Below, in pieces: positions 1 through 8,244 of a DNA stretch of 61,739 nucleotides (positions are counted from its first letter, which is position 1; every line of letters starts with the position of its first letter). The notes below the pieces were generated by a model. The model did not search any database. It was not told the DNA's origin and worked only from the letters and a program-made list of their open reading frames with translations. Where the stretch lies: NCBI GenBank assembly GCA_036000545.1, contig DASYVD010000050.1:1-61739 (forward strand). Direction: 5' to 3'. Source of the DNA: Actinomycetota bacterium (GTDB lineage Bacteria; Actinomycetota; UBA4738; CALAEC01). Position numbers and translations under genes: made by a program.

Positions 1-1743
1 TTCGGAAGACACCTGGATCTCTCCGCCCATCTCGTCCACGATCCGCTTGCTGATGTAGAGGCCCAGCCCCACCCCGTCCTGTTCCCGCGTGAGCGGGTCG
101 CCCACCTGATGGAATCGCTCGAATATGCGATCCAGCTCCTCCGCGGGGATCCCCGTCCCACGGTCCCTCACCGTGAACTCGAGGACGTTCCCGGGTTCGT
201 CGGCACCCAGCACGACGGGGGAATCGGGTGGTGAGTACTTCACAGCGTTGTCCAAAAGATTGTGGAGGACCTGCTCCACCCGGTCCGGATCGAAGCGGAA
301 AGTGATGCCGTGGTCGGGCAGCCGGAGCTCGATCCGCCCACCGCTGCCATCGAAGAACGCCGCCACGCGCTTCAGGAACGGGCCCACCTCGACCTCTCGG
401 ACCTGGATCTCCAACCGGCGGGCTTCCACACGCGACACCACGAGCAAGTCGTTCACGAGTCGGGCCAGTCGCTCGCTCTGCGCGTCGATGATGTCCAGGA
501 AGTCCTTGGCTTCCACGGTGCTCAGCCGGTCGAGCTGGTGGGTCAGTGTCTTGACGAATCCACGGATGGCCGTGATCGGCGTGCGCAGCTCGTGGCTGGT
601 GATGGCGACGAACTCAGAGCGCAACCGGTCGAGCTCCTGAAGTCGGTGAACGGTTTCGTCTCGCTCCGCCAGGAGCACGGCCTGAAGGGCGGCCAGCGCC
701 ACCTGGCCGGCGAGGCGGGTGAAAGATCGCAGGGCATCGTCGTCGAAGGGGTCGGGCTTGCGCGTATAGGCCACGATCACCCCGATCACCTGCCCTCCGA
801 CGTGCATCGGGGCCGCCATGGTCCCCGTCGTCCCCTCGGGCAGCTCATCGCGCGCCACGCTCGATCCCTGCACGAGTTCCGCTCGCCCGGTCTCCGCCAC
901 CCTTCCCGCCAGATCCTCTCCCAGAGCCTTTGCGGTGCCGGCGAGGCTCTCGGCCAAGCCCCGGGCCGCCCGGCACCGGACCCGGCCATCCTCCACCATG
1001 TGGATGGCCAGCCCGTCGTAGCCGAGGTGGCGGGTGATCGCCTCGGCCATGGACTGGAGGGCCTGTTCGGGATCCTGCCCCGCCACGCCGGCCAAGACGG
1101 TCTCGTGAAACGCGGCCAGCTCTCGCCTGCCCTCGGCCTCCCGGCTGGCCAGCTCCTCGAACGCCCGGGCACGCTGGTCCGCTTCTGCCGCGCGCCGAGC
1201 CAGCGATCGAGCCATCATCCCAGCGACCAAGGCGATGATCACCAGGACTCCCACCCGGAAGGTGGCCGCCTGGAGCATGAACTCGTACGTGGACGAGAGC
1301 GCATCGACGTAGGCTTCCCGGCCCAGCTCGGAGACAGCGGCCAGGCCGATGGTGGCCACGGCTCCCCGCAGCTGGTACCGGATGGCGCCTTCCATGGGGA
1401 GGACGTACATGAGGACCCAGGTGTTGTCGCCCGGGTCGTACGAGTAGATCCAGGACACTCCCACCACGACCGCCGCGTCGAGGACGAAGGCGCCCAGGCC
1501 CGCTCTTTGCAGGGACCGCGAGGTCGCCGTCCGCCTGGCCAGGCGGGTGATCACCAGGTTCCCAGCTGCTAGGACGGCGAGCAGAGCGAGAGTGAGAGGA
1601 ACGACGTAGCCGGGCTGGCGCTGTGGGGAGAGGGCCACCTGCCACGTCTGGAACAGCCCGAAGGCGACAGCGAACCACCTGATCCGCGCCAGACCGAGCT
1701 CAAGCCTGCGCAGTCCGAGCAGGGCAGCTCCGTTTTGCGCCAT
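1..1743 (-). CDS. Sensor histidine kinase (membrane N-terminus, GAF-like region, HisKA, HATPase_c); C-terminal end runs off the window
   Basis: Absent from the ORF track because the frame meets no stop inside the window. Reverse-strand translation from ATG 1743..1741 gives MAQNGAALLGLRRLE..., then ...RLRSEFVAITSHELRTPITAIRGF (H box), ...LDNAVKYSP..., FTVRDRGTGIP, FERFHQ and GVGLGLYISKRIVDEMGGEIQVSSE ending at position 1. The + ORF 262..1572 is its antisense shadow. Confidence 0.85.
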   Translation of the reverse strand, partial: MAQNGAALLGLRRLELGLARIRWFAVAFGLFQTWQVALSPQRQPGYVVPLTLALLAVLAAGNLVITRLARRTATSRSLQRAGLGAFVLDAAVVVGVSWIYSYDPGDNTWVLMYVLPMEGAIRYQLRGAVATIGLAAVSELGREAYVDALSSTYEFMLQAATFRVGVLVIIALVAGMMARSLARRAAEADQRARAFEELASREAEGRRELAAFHETVLAGVAGQDPEQALQSMAEAITRHLGYDGLAIHMVEDGRVRCRAARGLAESLAGTAKALGEDLAGRVAETGRAELVQGSSVARDELPEGTTGTMAAPMHVGGQVIGVIVAYTRKPDPFDDDALRSFTRLAGQVALAALQAVLLAERDETVHRLQELDRLRSEFVAITSHELRTPITAIRGFVKTLTHQLDRLSTVEAKDFLDIIDAQSERLARLVNDLLVVSRVEARRLEIQVREVEVGPFLKRVAAFFDGSGGRIELRLPDHGITFRFDPDRVEQVLHNLLDNAVKYSPPDSPVVLGADEPGNVLEFTVRDRGTGIPAEELDRIFERFHQVGDPLTREQDGVGLGLYISKRIVDEMGGEIQVSSE

Positions 1744-1834
1744 CGGATCCCCTCTGTCTCCTCTCTCCGACAGGCCGCGACCTCTGCATACCCCTCGCCG
1801 TGAGCTCGGTAAATAGCCCGATGTGACCAGCCGC

Positions 1835-1840
1835 TACACT
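1835..1840 (+). promoter_or_regulatory. Candidate -10 hexamer TACACT, 7 nt before the ffh GTG (leaderless-type arrangement)
   Basis: TACACT fits TANNNT. The gap to GTG 1848 is 7 nt and holds no SD. The same arrangement recurs at 25221, 30685 and 46510. Confidence 0.35.
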
Positions 1841-1847
1841 GGCGGAC

Positions 1848-3176
1848 GTGTTCGAGCAGCTGACCGATCGCCTTGGAGCGGTCTTCAAGAAGCTCCGGTC
1901 TCGCGGGAAGCTCCACCCAAAGCAGGTGGGTGCGGCGTTGGAGGACATCCGGGAGGCACTCCTCGACGCCGACGTGGCCGTGGAGGTCGCCGACGACCTC
2001 GTCGCCCGGGTCCGAACGCGGTCCCTGTCGGAGGAGGTCATGCGGAGCCTCACCCCCGGCCAACAAGTGGTGAAGGTCGTCCGCGATGAGCTCACCGCCA
2101 CCCTCGGCGGGAAGCACCGCCCTTTCCTCCTACCCCAGGCCTCGCCCGCGGTGGTGATGATGGCCGGGATCCAGGGGTCGGGGAAGACCACCACCTGCGC
2201 CAAGCTCGCCCTCCACCTCAAGGAGAAGGGGCATCGCCCCCTGCTCGTCGCGGCCGACCTTCGCCGACCCGCGGCCATCGAGCAGCTGTTCACCCTGGGT
2301 GGCGAGATAGGCGTTCCCGTCGTCTCTGACGGAAAGGATCCGGCCAAGCTGGCCAAGGCCGCCGTGAAACAGGCAAAACGCGACGGCCAGGACGTCGTGA
2401 TCGTCGACACGGGGGGCCGGCTTCACGTGGACGAGGAGATGATGCGGGAGGCCCAGCGGGTTCGAGAGGCGATCCAGCCCCACCACGCGTTGATGGCCGC
2501 GGACGCCATGACCGGACAGGACGCCGCCGCCCAGGCTCGGGAGTTCATGCGCCGCGTCGACCTGACCGGCTTCGTGCTGACGAAGCTCGACGGCGACGCC
2601 CGAGGTGGCGCCGCCCTGTCCGTGACCCAGGTCACGGGACGGCCCATCTTCTTCGTCGGCGTCGGTGAGCGCCAGGCAGACCTCGAGCCGTTCCACCCCG
2701 ACCGGATGGCCTCCCGCATCCTGGGGATGGGCGATGTGCTCTCCCTGGTGGAGAAGGCGGAGCGGGAGATGGACGCCGACACGGCCCGGGTCTCCGCCGA
2801 GCGGATGTTGCGTGCGGAGTTCAGCCTGGAGGACTTCCTGGTCCAGCTGCGGGAGGTGAAGAAGCTCGGGCCGCTCCAAGACCTGCTGGCCATGCTGCCG
2901 GGGATACCCGGTGGGGCGCAGCTGAAGGATCTCCAGGTCGACGACAGGGAGCTCGGGCGTGCTGAGGCAATCATCTCCTCAATGACCGTGGAGGAGCGTC
3001 GCAACCCGGCTATCATCGGGGGCGGCCGGCGGACCAGGATCGCCCGCGGTAGCGGGACCTCGGTCAATCAGGTCAACGCCCTCCTCAAGCAGTACGAGGA
3101 GGGCAAGAAGATGATGAAGCGGCTCACCGGGGGGAAGCTAAGGATCCCCGGCATGCCCAAGATCCCAGGTTTCTGA
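1848..3176 (+). CDS. ffh: Signal recognition particle protein Ffh
   Basis: 442 aa. MFEQLTDRLGAVFKKLRSRGKL N-domain, GIQGSGKTTTCAKLA P-loop, DTGGRLH, TKLDGDARGGAALS, and a Met-rich C-terminal M domain. Confidence 0.97.
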   Translation: MFEQLTDRLGAVFKKLRSRGKLHPKQVGAALEDIREALLDADVAVEVADDLVARVRTRSLSEEVMRSLTPGQQVVKVVRDELTATLGGKHRPFLLPQASPAVVMMAGIQGSGKTTTCAKLALHLKEKGHRPLLVAADLRRPAAIEQLFTLGGEIGVPVVSDGKDPAKLAKAAVKQAKRDGQDVVIVDTGGRLHVDEEMMREAQRVREAIQPHHALMAADAMTGQDAAAQAREFMRRVDLTGFVLTKLDGDARGGAALSVTQVTGRPIFFVGVGERQADLEPFHPDRMASRILGMGDVLSLVEKAEREMDADTARVSAERMLRAEFSLEDFLVQLREVKKLGPLQDLLAMLPGIPGGAQLKDLQVDDRELGRAEAIISSMTVEERRNPAIIGGGRRTRIARGSGTSVNQVNALLKQYEEGKKMMKRLTGGKLRIPGMPKIPGF

Positions 3177-3191
3177 CGCGCTGAGAGGAAC

Positions 3192-3288
3192 GGGTCCAGG
3201 GGCGAGCAGCCCCGCCGAGCGGAGCGAGGCGGAACAAGGCTGCTCGAGTCCCCTGGCCGAAGGACGCTGCCGAAGGCAGCGCACTGAG
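3192..3288 (+). repeat. Family-A structured intergenic repeat, copy A1 (ffh | rpsP spacer)
   Basis: Shares GGGTCCAGGGG..GCAGCC...GGCTGC..CCCTGG..CGAAGGACGCTGCCGAAGGCAGCG with 5291..5390 and with the reverse complement of 21363..21455. Helix 3196-3211 pairs with 3238-3256. Terminal hairpin CGCTGCC-GAA-GGCAGCG lies at 3265-3281. Confidence 0.8.
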
Positions 3289-3298
3289 GAGAAGAAAT

Positions 3299-3820
3299 AT
3301 GGTCAAGATCAGGTTGATGCGGATGGGGGCGAAGAAGCGGCCCTTCTATCGGGTCGTCGTCGCGGACTCGCGGAGCCCTCGTGACGGCCGGTTCATCGAG
3401 AATATCGGGAGATACCACCCGCTCTCAGACCCGTCGGTGATCGAGATCGACGAGGAGCGAGCGCTGCACTGGCTGGGCGTTGGTGCGCAGCCCACCAACT
3501 CGGTGCGGGTTCTCCTCGACAAGGCCGGCATCTGGGAGAAGTTCTCTAGCGCTCCCATCGAGAAGCCGAAGGCGGGCGCGCGAACGGCTGCCGCTCGGGC
3601 CTCAGCGGCGAAGGCCGCAGCGAAGGCGCCCGCGCTGGCGGAGCCCCCGGCGTCGAAAGCCCCGGCCGCGGAACAGCCCCCCGCCCCTGAGACCGCACCG
3701 GAGGAGGCTGCGGCCGAGGAGCCATCGTCGGAGCAGCCCGAAGAAGCGGCTCCTCAGGAAGAGGCTGCTGCCGACGAGTCCGCAGAGGGGGGATCTGAGG
3801 AGAGGGACGCCGGGTCGTGA
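3299..3820 (+). CDS. rpsP: 30S ribosomal protein S16 with a long Ala/Pro/Glu-rich C-terminal tail
   Basis: [41 protein letters not shown] is the canonical S16 N-terminus. SD GAGGAG lies 7 nt upstream. Confidence 0.97.
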   Translation: MVKIRLMRMGAKKRPFYRVVVADSRSPRDGRFIENIGRYHPLSDPSVIEIDEERALHWLGVGAQPTNSVRVLLDKAGIWEKFSSAPIEKPKAGARTAAARASAAKAAAKAPALAEPPASKAPAAEQPPAPETAPEEAAAEEPSSEQPEEAAPQEEAAADESAEGGSEERDAGS

Positions 3821-4047
3821 AGGAGGTCCTTGAGTACCTGGCCCGGCACCTCGTCGACGATCCCGACGCCGTGGAGGTCACCGTGGTCGAAGGGGAGCGG
3901 TCGGTGAGCCTTCAGCTTCGCGTGGCTCCCGACGACATGGGCAAGGTCATCGGCAAGGGCGGACGGACTGCACGGGCCATCCGGAGCATCGTGCGCGCCG
4001 CCGGCACCCGCCAGGGTGTCAGTACGCTCGTCGAGATCGTGGAGTGA
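3817..4047 (+). CDS. KH-domain RNA-binding protein (YlqC/UPF0109-like)
   Basis: 76 aa with the [24 protein letters not shown] motif. Conserved position between rpsP and rimM, with a 4-nt overlap onto rpsP. Confidence 0.85.
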   Translation: MKEVLEYLARHLVDDPDAVEVTVVEGERSVSLQLRVAPDDMGKVIGKGGRTARAIRSIVRAAGTRQGVSTLVEIVE

Positions 4048-4568
4048 ATGAGCTCCTCGCCGTGGGCCTGATCACCCGGGCTCACGGGGTGAAGGGCGAG
4101 GTCGCCGTCAGACCGCTCACCGAGGTGGAGTCCCGTTTCCGGCCCGGCTCGGTCCTACTGCTCGGCCCAGGAGGCGATCGGCCACTCACCGTGGGCTCCG
4201 TGCGAGGGCCCCATCACGGCCGGCTGTTGGTCCGGTTCAGAGAGGTGGAAGGTCGAGAGGAAGCCGAGGAGATCAGGGGACAGGTGCTCCTCATCGACTC
4301 CCAGGATTCGCCTTCCCTTGAGGAGACCGACCGGTTCTGGGTCCATCAGGTCGTCGGGCTCGAGGTCCGGACGGAAGAGGGCCGATCACTCGGACGCGTT
4401 CGGGAGGTCCTCCACAATCCGGCGAATGACGTGTGGGTGGTGGAGGGGGAGTCTGATGAGATCTTGATTCCCGCGGTCCGTGAAGTCGTTTCCGACGTGG
4501 ACATACCCGGTGGAAGAGTGGTGATCAAGAGGCTTCCCGGTCTCTTCGAAGAGGCCGAGGAAGCCTGA
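4044..4568 (+). CDS. rimM: 16S rRNA processing protein RimM
   Basis: 174 aa with GLITRAHGVKGEVAVRPLTE (PRC-barrel family N-terminus). Synteny rpsP-KH-rimM-trmD. Confidence 0.9.
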   Translation: MNELLAVGLITRAHGVKGEVAVRPLTEVESRFRPGSVLLLGPGGDRPLTVGSVRGPHHGRLLVRFREVEGREEAEEIRGQVLLIDSQDSPSLEETDRFWVHQVVGLEVRTEEGRSLGRVREVLHNPANDVWVVEGESDEILIPAVREVVSDVDIPGGRVVIKRLPGLFEEAEEA

Positions 4569-4593
4569 GGCACCCGGCGAGAGGAGCGGGTCC

Positions 4594-5271
4594 GTGCGGG
4601 TCGACGTCTTCACCATCTTTCCGGGGATCTTCGAGGGCCCCCTGCGGGAAAGCCTCTTGGGAAAGGCCATCCAATCCGGGCTGGCGGACGTGAGGGTGCA
4701 CGACCTCCGTGACTTCACCACGGATCCTCACCGCCAAGTGGACGACGAGCCGTATGGTGGCGGGCCGGGGATGGTCATGAGGGCCGAGCCGATCTTCCGC
4801 GCCGCGGAGTCGGTGGGGGAGGGCCCGAAGCGGGTGATCTTGCTCTCCCCGGCCGGGCGCCGGCTCGACCAGCCCTTGGTTCGCGAGCTCGCCGCCGAGC
4901 CGTGGCTCGTCCTGGTGTGCGGCCGCTACGAGGGTGTGGACGAGCGCGTGGTCGAAGCCCTTCCCGCCGAGGAGATCTCCATCGGCGACTACGTGCTCTC
5001 CGGCGGCGAGATCCCAGCACTCGTCGTGCTGGAGGCGGCGAGCAGGCTGGTCTCCGGAGTGGTCGGCAAAGAGGAATCGCTGCACGAGGAGTCGTTCGAG
5101 GCCGGGCTCCTCGACCATCCGCACTACACCCGGCCCAGGGAGTTCCGTGGCCTGGCCGTACCGGAGGCCCTTCTCTCCGGTGATCACGCCCGCATCGCAG
5201 AGTGGCGACGCCGAGCCGCTCTGGAGAAGACCAGGCGGAACCGGCCCGACCTGCTGCCGCCGGAGGGATGA
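4594..5271 (+). CDS. trmD: tRNA (guanine37-N1)-methyltransferase TrmD
   Basis: 225 aa: [17 protein letters not shown]..., [34 protein letters not shown]. Confidence 0.96.
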   Translation: MRVDVFTIFPGIFEGPLRESLLGKAIQSGLADVRVHDLRDFTTDPHRQVDDEPYGGGPGMVMRAEPIFRAAESVGEGPKRVILLSPAGRRLDQPLVRELAAEPWLVLVCGRYEGVDERVVEALPAEEISIGDYVLSGGEIPALVVLEAASRLVSGVVGKEESLHEESFEAGLLDHPHYTRPREFRGLAVPEALLSGDHARIAEWRRRAALEKTRRNRPDLLPPEG

Positions 5272-5290
5272 TCCGGGTTGGGCCGGCCAG

Positions 5291-5390
5291 GGGGTCCAGG
5301 GGGGCAGCAGCCCCGCGAGGCGAAGCCGAGCGGAATCAGGCTGCTGCGTTCGCCCTGGGCGAAGGACGCTGCCGAAGGCAGCGGACTGAG
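5291..5390 (+). repeat. Family-A structured intergenic repeat, copy A2 (trmD | rplS spacer)
   Basis: Aligns with A1 along its whole length. Inner stem GCAGCAGCC (5304-5312) pairs with GGCTGCTGC (5339-5347). Terminal hairpin at 5367-5383 is identical to A1. Confidence 0.8.
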
Positions 5391-5453
5391 AAGAGCGGCC
5401 GAGGTGCTATCATGGGCACCCCGCCCGACCGCGGGTACTTCGAAGGATCTTCC

Positions 5454-5852
5454 GTGAACAAGACCGACCTCGTCGAGACCCCACGTCTGCGCGACGACCT
5501 GCCCGACTTCCGCCCGGGAGACACCGTCAAGGTGCACGTCCGGGTGGTCGAGGCGGGCCGGGAGCGCATCCAGGTGTTCCAGGGAGTGGTTATCCGGCGT
5601 CGGGGCGGCGGGCTACGCCAGACCTTCACCGCCCGCAAGATGTCGTTCGGCGTGGGCGTCGAGCGGACCTTCCCGCTGCACTCCCCGACGATCGCCAAGA
5701 TCGAGGTGGCTAACCGGGGGGACGTGCGCCGCGCCAAGCTTTACTACCTGCGCCAGCGGCGGGGGAAGGCGGCCAGGATCAAGGAGCTCCGGGAGCCCCA
5801 GGTCACCGCGGCAGCGAAGCCCGAGTCCGAGCCGGCGGAGGACGAGGGCTAG
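5454..5852 (+). CDS. rplS: 50S ribosomal protein L19
   Basis: A GTG start gives [53 protein letters not shown], colinear with known L19 N-termini (MN.LD.V...). GAAGGA lies 6 nt upstream. In-frame ATG 5412 is an alternative start. Confidence 0.9.
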   Translation: MNKTDLVETPRLRDDLPDFRPGDTVKVHVRVVEAGRERIQVFQGVVIRRRGGGLRQTFTARKMSFGVGVERTFPLHSPTIAKIEVANRGDVRRAKLYYLRQRRGKAARIKELREPQVTAAAKPESEPAEDEG

Positions 5853-5854
5853 GG

Positions 5855-6652
5855 ATGGGGGAGGCCCGTTCGTCGGGCGAAGGTCCCCCGGAAAAGAGGG
5901 CGGCCCCCGCGCCGGTCTTCCCGCAGCTCGGTGCCCCCGGATCGAACGAACCCATCGCCGAGGACACAAGGGAGCCTTCAGGGGACGGCCCCGAAGAGCG
6001 AGTGCCGGGGGGGCCGGGTCCGGGGCGACACCGGCCGTCCGAGCGGACCAGGCCTTCGGGCCCCCTGGCTTTCTTCCGGGAGCTGCCCGGTCTCATCCTG
6101 ATTGCCTTCGTCCTGGCGCTCCTCATCAAGACCTTCCTGGTTCAGGCGTTCTACATCCCCTCGCAGTCGATGGAGCCCACCCTTGACGTGGGCGACCGGG
6201 TGCTGGTGAACAAGTTCATCTACGCGTTCCGCGAGCCACGGCGGGGCGAGATCATCGTGTTCGAGAACCCTCGGCTCGACGAGCCCGACCGCAACCCGCT
6301 CTCCGCGTTGTGGCACTGGATCATCGAGGGGCTGGGCGTCTCCACCGACCCCGAGAAGGATTTCATCAAGCGGGTCATCGCCCTCCCCGGGGAGACGATC
6401 GAGGTCCGCGGGGGAAGGGTCTTCGTCGATGGGAAACGGATCGATGAGCCCTACGTGAACGAGGAACGCGATCGTTCGGACTACGGGCCCTTCACGGTCC
6501 CCGAAGGGCATCTGTTTGTGATGGGCGACAATCGCCCCAACTCCCAGGACTCCCGGTCCACCCTCGGCCCCATCCCCAGGGATAAGGTGGTGGGTAGGGC
6601 GTTCATCCTGATCTGGCCGCCCTCGCACTTCGAGTGGCTGTCCGACGACTGA
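5855..6652 (+). CDS. lepB: Signal peptidase I
   Basis: 265 aa with one TM (LILIAFVLALLIKTFLV), SQSMEPTL (catalytic Ser box) and GDNRPNSQDSR box. The start is uncertain (long cytoplasmic N-terminus). Confidence 0.9.
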   Translation: MGEARSSGEGPPEKRAAPAPVFPQLGAPGSNEPIAEDTREPSGDGPEERVPGGPGPGRHRPSERTRPSGPLAFFRELPGLILIAFVLALLIKTFLVQAFYIPSQSMEPTLDVGDRVLVNKFIYAFREPRRGEIIVFENPRLDEPDRNPLSALWHWIIEGLGVSTDPEKDFIKRVIALPGETIEVRGGRVFVDGKRIDEPYVNEERDRSDYGPFTVPEGHLFVMGDNRPNSQDSRSTLGPIPRDKVVGRAFILIWPPSHFEWLSDD

Positions 6653-7440
6653 AGGAGATCGATCACTACGAGCGCCGCCTCCGGGGCGCCGGCTTCCGCG
6701 TCGTCGCCGGGGTCGACGAGGCAGGGCGGGGAGCCCTCGCGGGGCCACTGCTGGCCGCGGCCGTGGTCCTGGCGGAGCGGTTCGATCCCGAGGGCCTTGA
6801 GGACTCCAAGCTCCTGACTCCTCTCCAGCGCGAACGGATGTACGCGCGGATCCAGGGGGAGGCCCTGGCGATCGCCGTGTGCCGAGCCATGCCGGGGAGG
6901 ATCGATCGCTCGGGGCTTCACAAGACCAACATCCGCCTCCTTCGCCGCGCTTTGACCATGCTTCCGGTCCGACCGGAGTACATCTTGACCGACGGGTTCC
7001 CCATTCCCCGCCTTCCGGTGCCGAGCCTCGGGATGCGCAAAGGCGACATGGTCACCGCCTCGGTGGCCGCGGCCTCGGTCGTGGCTAAGGTGACTCGGGA
7101 CCGGGCCATGAACAGGTACCACCGGCGGTACCCCCAGTACGGGTTCAACACCAACCGCGGGTACGGCACCGCCGCCCACTGGGAGGCTCTGTTCCGGTTC
7201 GGGCCGAGCCCCATCCACCGTCGGTCGTTCAAGGGGGTGACCGAGGCCACCGTGGCCGTCGCGGCCGGGCGGGTATCCGCGACCCGGGTTCTGCCACGGG
7301 AGCTGGTCGCGGAATGGCCGCTGGAGGTGGCCAGCTTGGTGGTGGAAGAGGGTTCGTACGAGGAAGAGCCGATGCCCGACGAGGCACCGCTGGAGGAGCC
7401 CGCCGCCCTGTCGGTGGAAGAGCGCATACTGAAAAGGTGA
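6634..7440 (+). CDS. rnhB: Ribonuclease HII with an acidic C-terminal extension
   Basis: GVDEAGRGALAGPLLAAAVVL active-site motif, DSKLLT, and position after lepB. Confidence 0.92.
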   Translation: MAVRRLKEIDHYERRLRGAGFRVVAGVDEAGRGALAGPLLAAAVVLAERFDPEGLEDSKLLTPLQRERMYARIQGEALAIAVCRAMPGRIDRSGLHKTNIRLLRRALTMLPVRPEYILTDGFPIPRLPVPSLGMRKGDMVTASVAAASVVAKVTRDRAMNRYHRRYPQYGFNTNRGYGTAAHWEALFRFGPSPIHRRSFKGVTEATVAVAAGRVSATRVLPRELVAEWPLEVASLVVEEGSYEEEPMPDEAPLEEPAALSVEERILKR

Positions 7441-7760
7441 GCTCCGAGGACATCGAGCGATACGAGACCGAGGCCGAGCTGCAGCTGTATCGCGAGTACC
7501 GGGACGTTCTGGGCATGTTCCGGTACGTCGTGGAGACGGAGCGACGGTTCTACCTGGCCAACGAGGTGAACGTCACCCGGTCGGACGCATGGGTCGAGCT
7601 GGAGCTGACCGACGCCTGGGTGTGGGACATGCACCGGACGGCCAGGTTCGTGACCACGGTTCGGGTCCTCACCCAGCGTGATGTCAACATCGAAGAGATC
7701 GCCCGCAAGGACGACGAGGTTCCGCCCGGCGGGACAGTGCCGGACGAGCTCATCCCCTAG
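7437..7760 (+). CDS. DUF2469-family protein (conserved actinobacterial protein downstream of rnhB)
   Basis: GTG overlaps the rnhB stop (GTGA). VSSEDIERYETEAELQLYREYRDVLGMFRYVVETERRFYLAN matches the family as I remember it. Confidence 0.8.
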   Translation: MSSEDIERYETEAELQLYREYRDVLGMFRYVVETERRFYLANEVNVTRSDAWVELELTDAWVWDMHRTARFVTTVRVLTQRDVNIEEIARKDDEVPPGGTVPDELIP

Positions 7761-7831
7761 CGGGCCCTTTCCTCCTGGCTCCCGCACCGTATCGGCCCAT
7801 TCGTGTCGGTGACGGGCGCCATGCTGTCGCC

Positions 7832-8203
7832 GTGGAGCGGAAGGAGCCTCCGCCGAGGGACCGTGTCGGGCGGAGCGGCGAATGGGCCGCCTGGGCTGCC
7901 TATCGCCGGCGAGGCTACCGGCTGCTGGCCCGGAACTGGCGATGCTCCCTCGGCGAGCTGGATCTGGTGCTTGCGGGGTCCGGCACGATCGTCTTCTGCG
8001 AGGTTAAGGCCAGGACCTCCACCGCGCTCGGTGGTCCACACGAAGCCGTGACCGTTTCGAAGCGACTGCGAGTGCGAGCGCTGGCCGAGGCGTTCATCAA
8101 ATCCCGTGGGCTCGGCGTCCGGACGTACCGTTTCGACGTGGCGAGCGTGCTCCTTCGCCCCGACGGCCGAACGGACGTTCATCTGTTCGAAGACGCGTTC
8201 TGA
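7832..8203 (+). CDS. yraN: YraN/UPF0102 family endonuclease-like protein
   Basis: 123 aa: GEWAAWAAYRRRGYRLLARNWRCSLGELDLV...VFCEVKART, typical YraN. Sits upstream of comM/dprA. Confidence 0.85.
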   Translation: MERKEPPPRDRVGRSGEWAAWAAYRRRGYRLLARNWRCSLGELDLVLAGSGTIVFCEVKARTSTALGGPHEAVTVSKRLRVRALAEAFIKSRGLGVRTYRFDVASVLLRPDGRTDVHLFEDAF

Positions 8204-8244
8204 TTGCCGGCCGGCGTGTCACTCCCCGCCGCTAGCATCGCCGC

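Noticed and set aside
262-1572. Long + strand ORF (436 aa) opposite the histidine kinase. There are similar giant antisense ORFs at 33135..35504 (-), 39287..41929 (-), 25005..27140 (-), 29106..30527 (+), 9731..10996 (-) and 48317..49579 (-).
   Set aside because: They are Arg/Gly/Pro-rich, have no recognisable motifs, and lie exactly opposite genes with unambiguous family signatures. These are typical stop-poor shadow frames of high-GC DNA.
3124-3306. Small ORFs running through the family-A repeats (3124..3306 -, 5184..5537 -, 21397..21729 +), giving similar peptides (…LPSAASF.QG…, …GGCCPPGPP…).
   Set aside because: The similarity simply reflects the conserved nucleotides. Starts, stops and frames are not conserved between copies, and one copy is inverted relative to its operon.
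5412-5453. Upstream ATG start for rplS (adds [14 protein letters not shown]).
   Set aside because: The L19 alignment begins at the VNKTDLVE position, and that start has a suitably spaced GAAGGA. The ATG remains possible.
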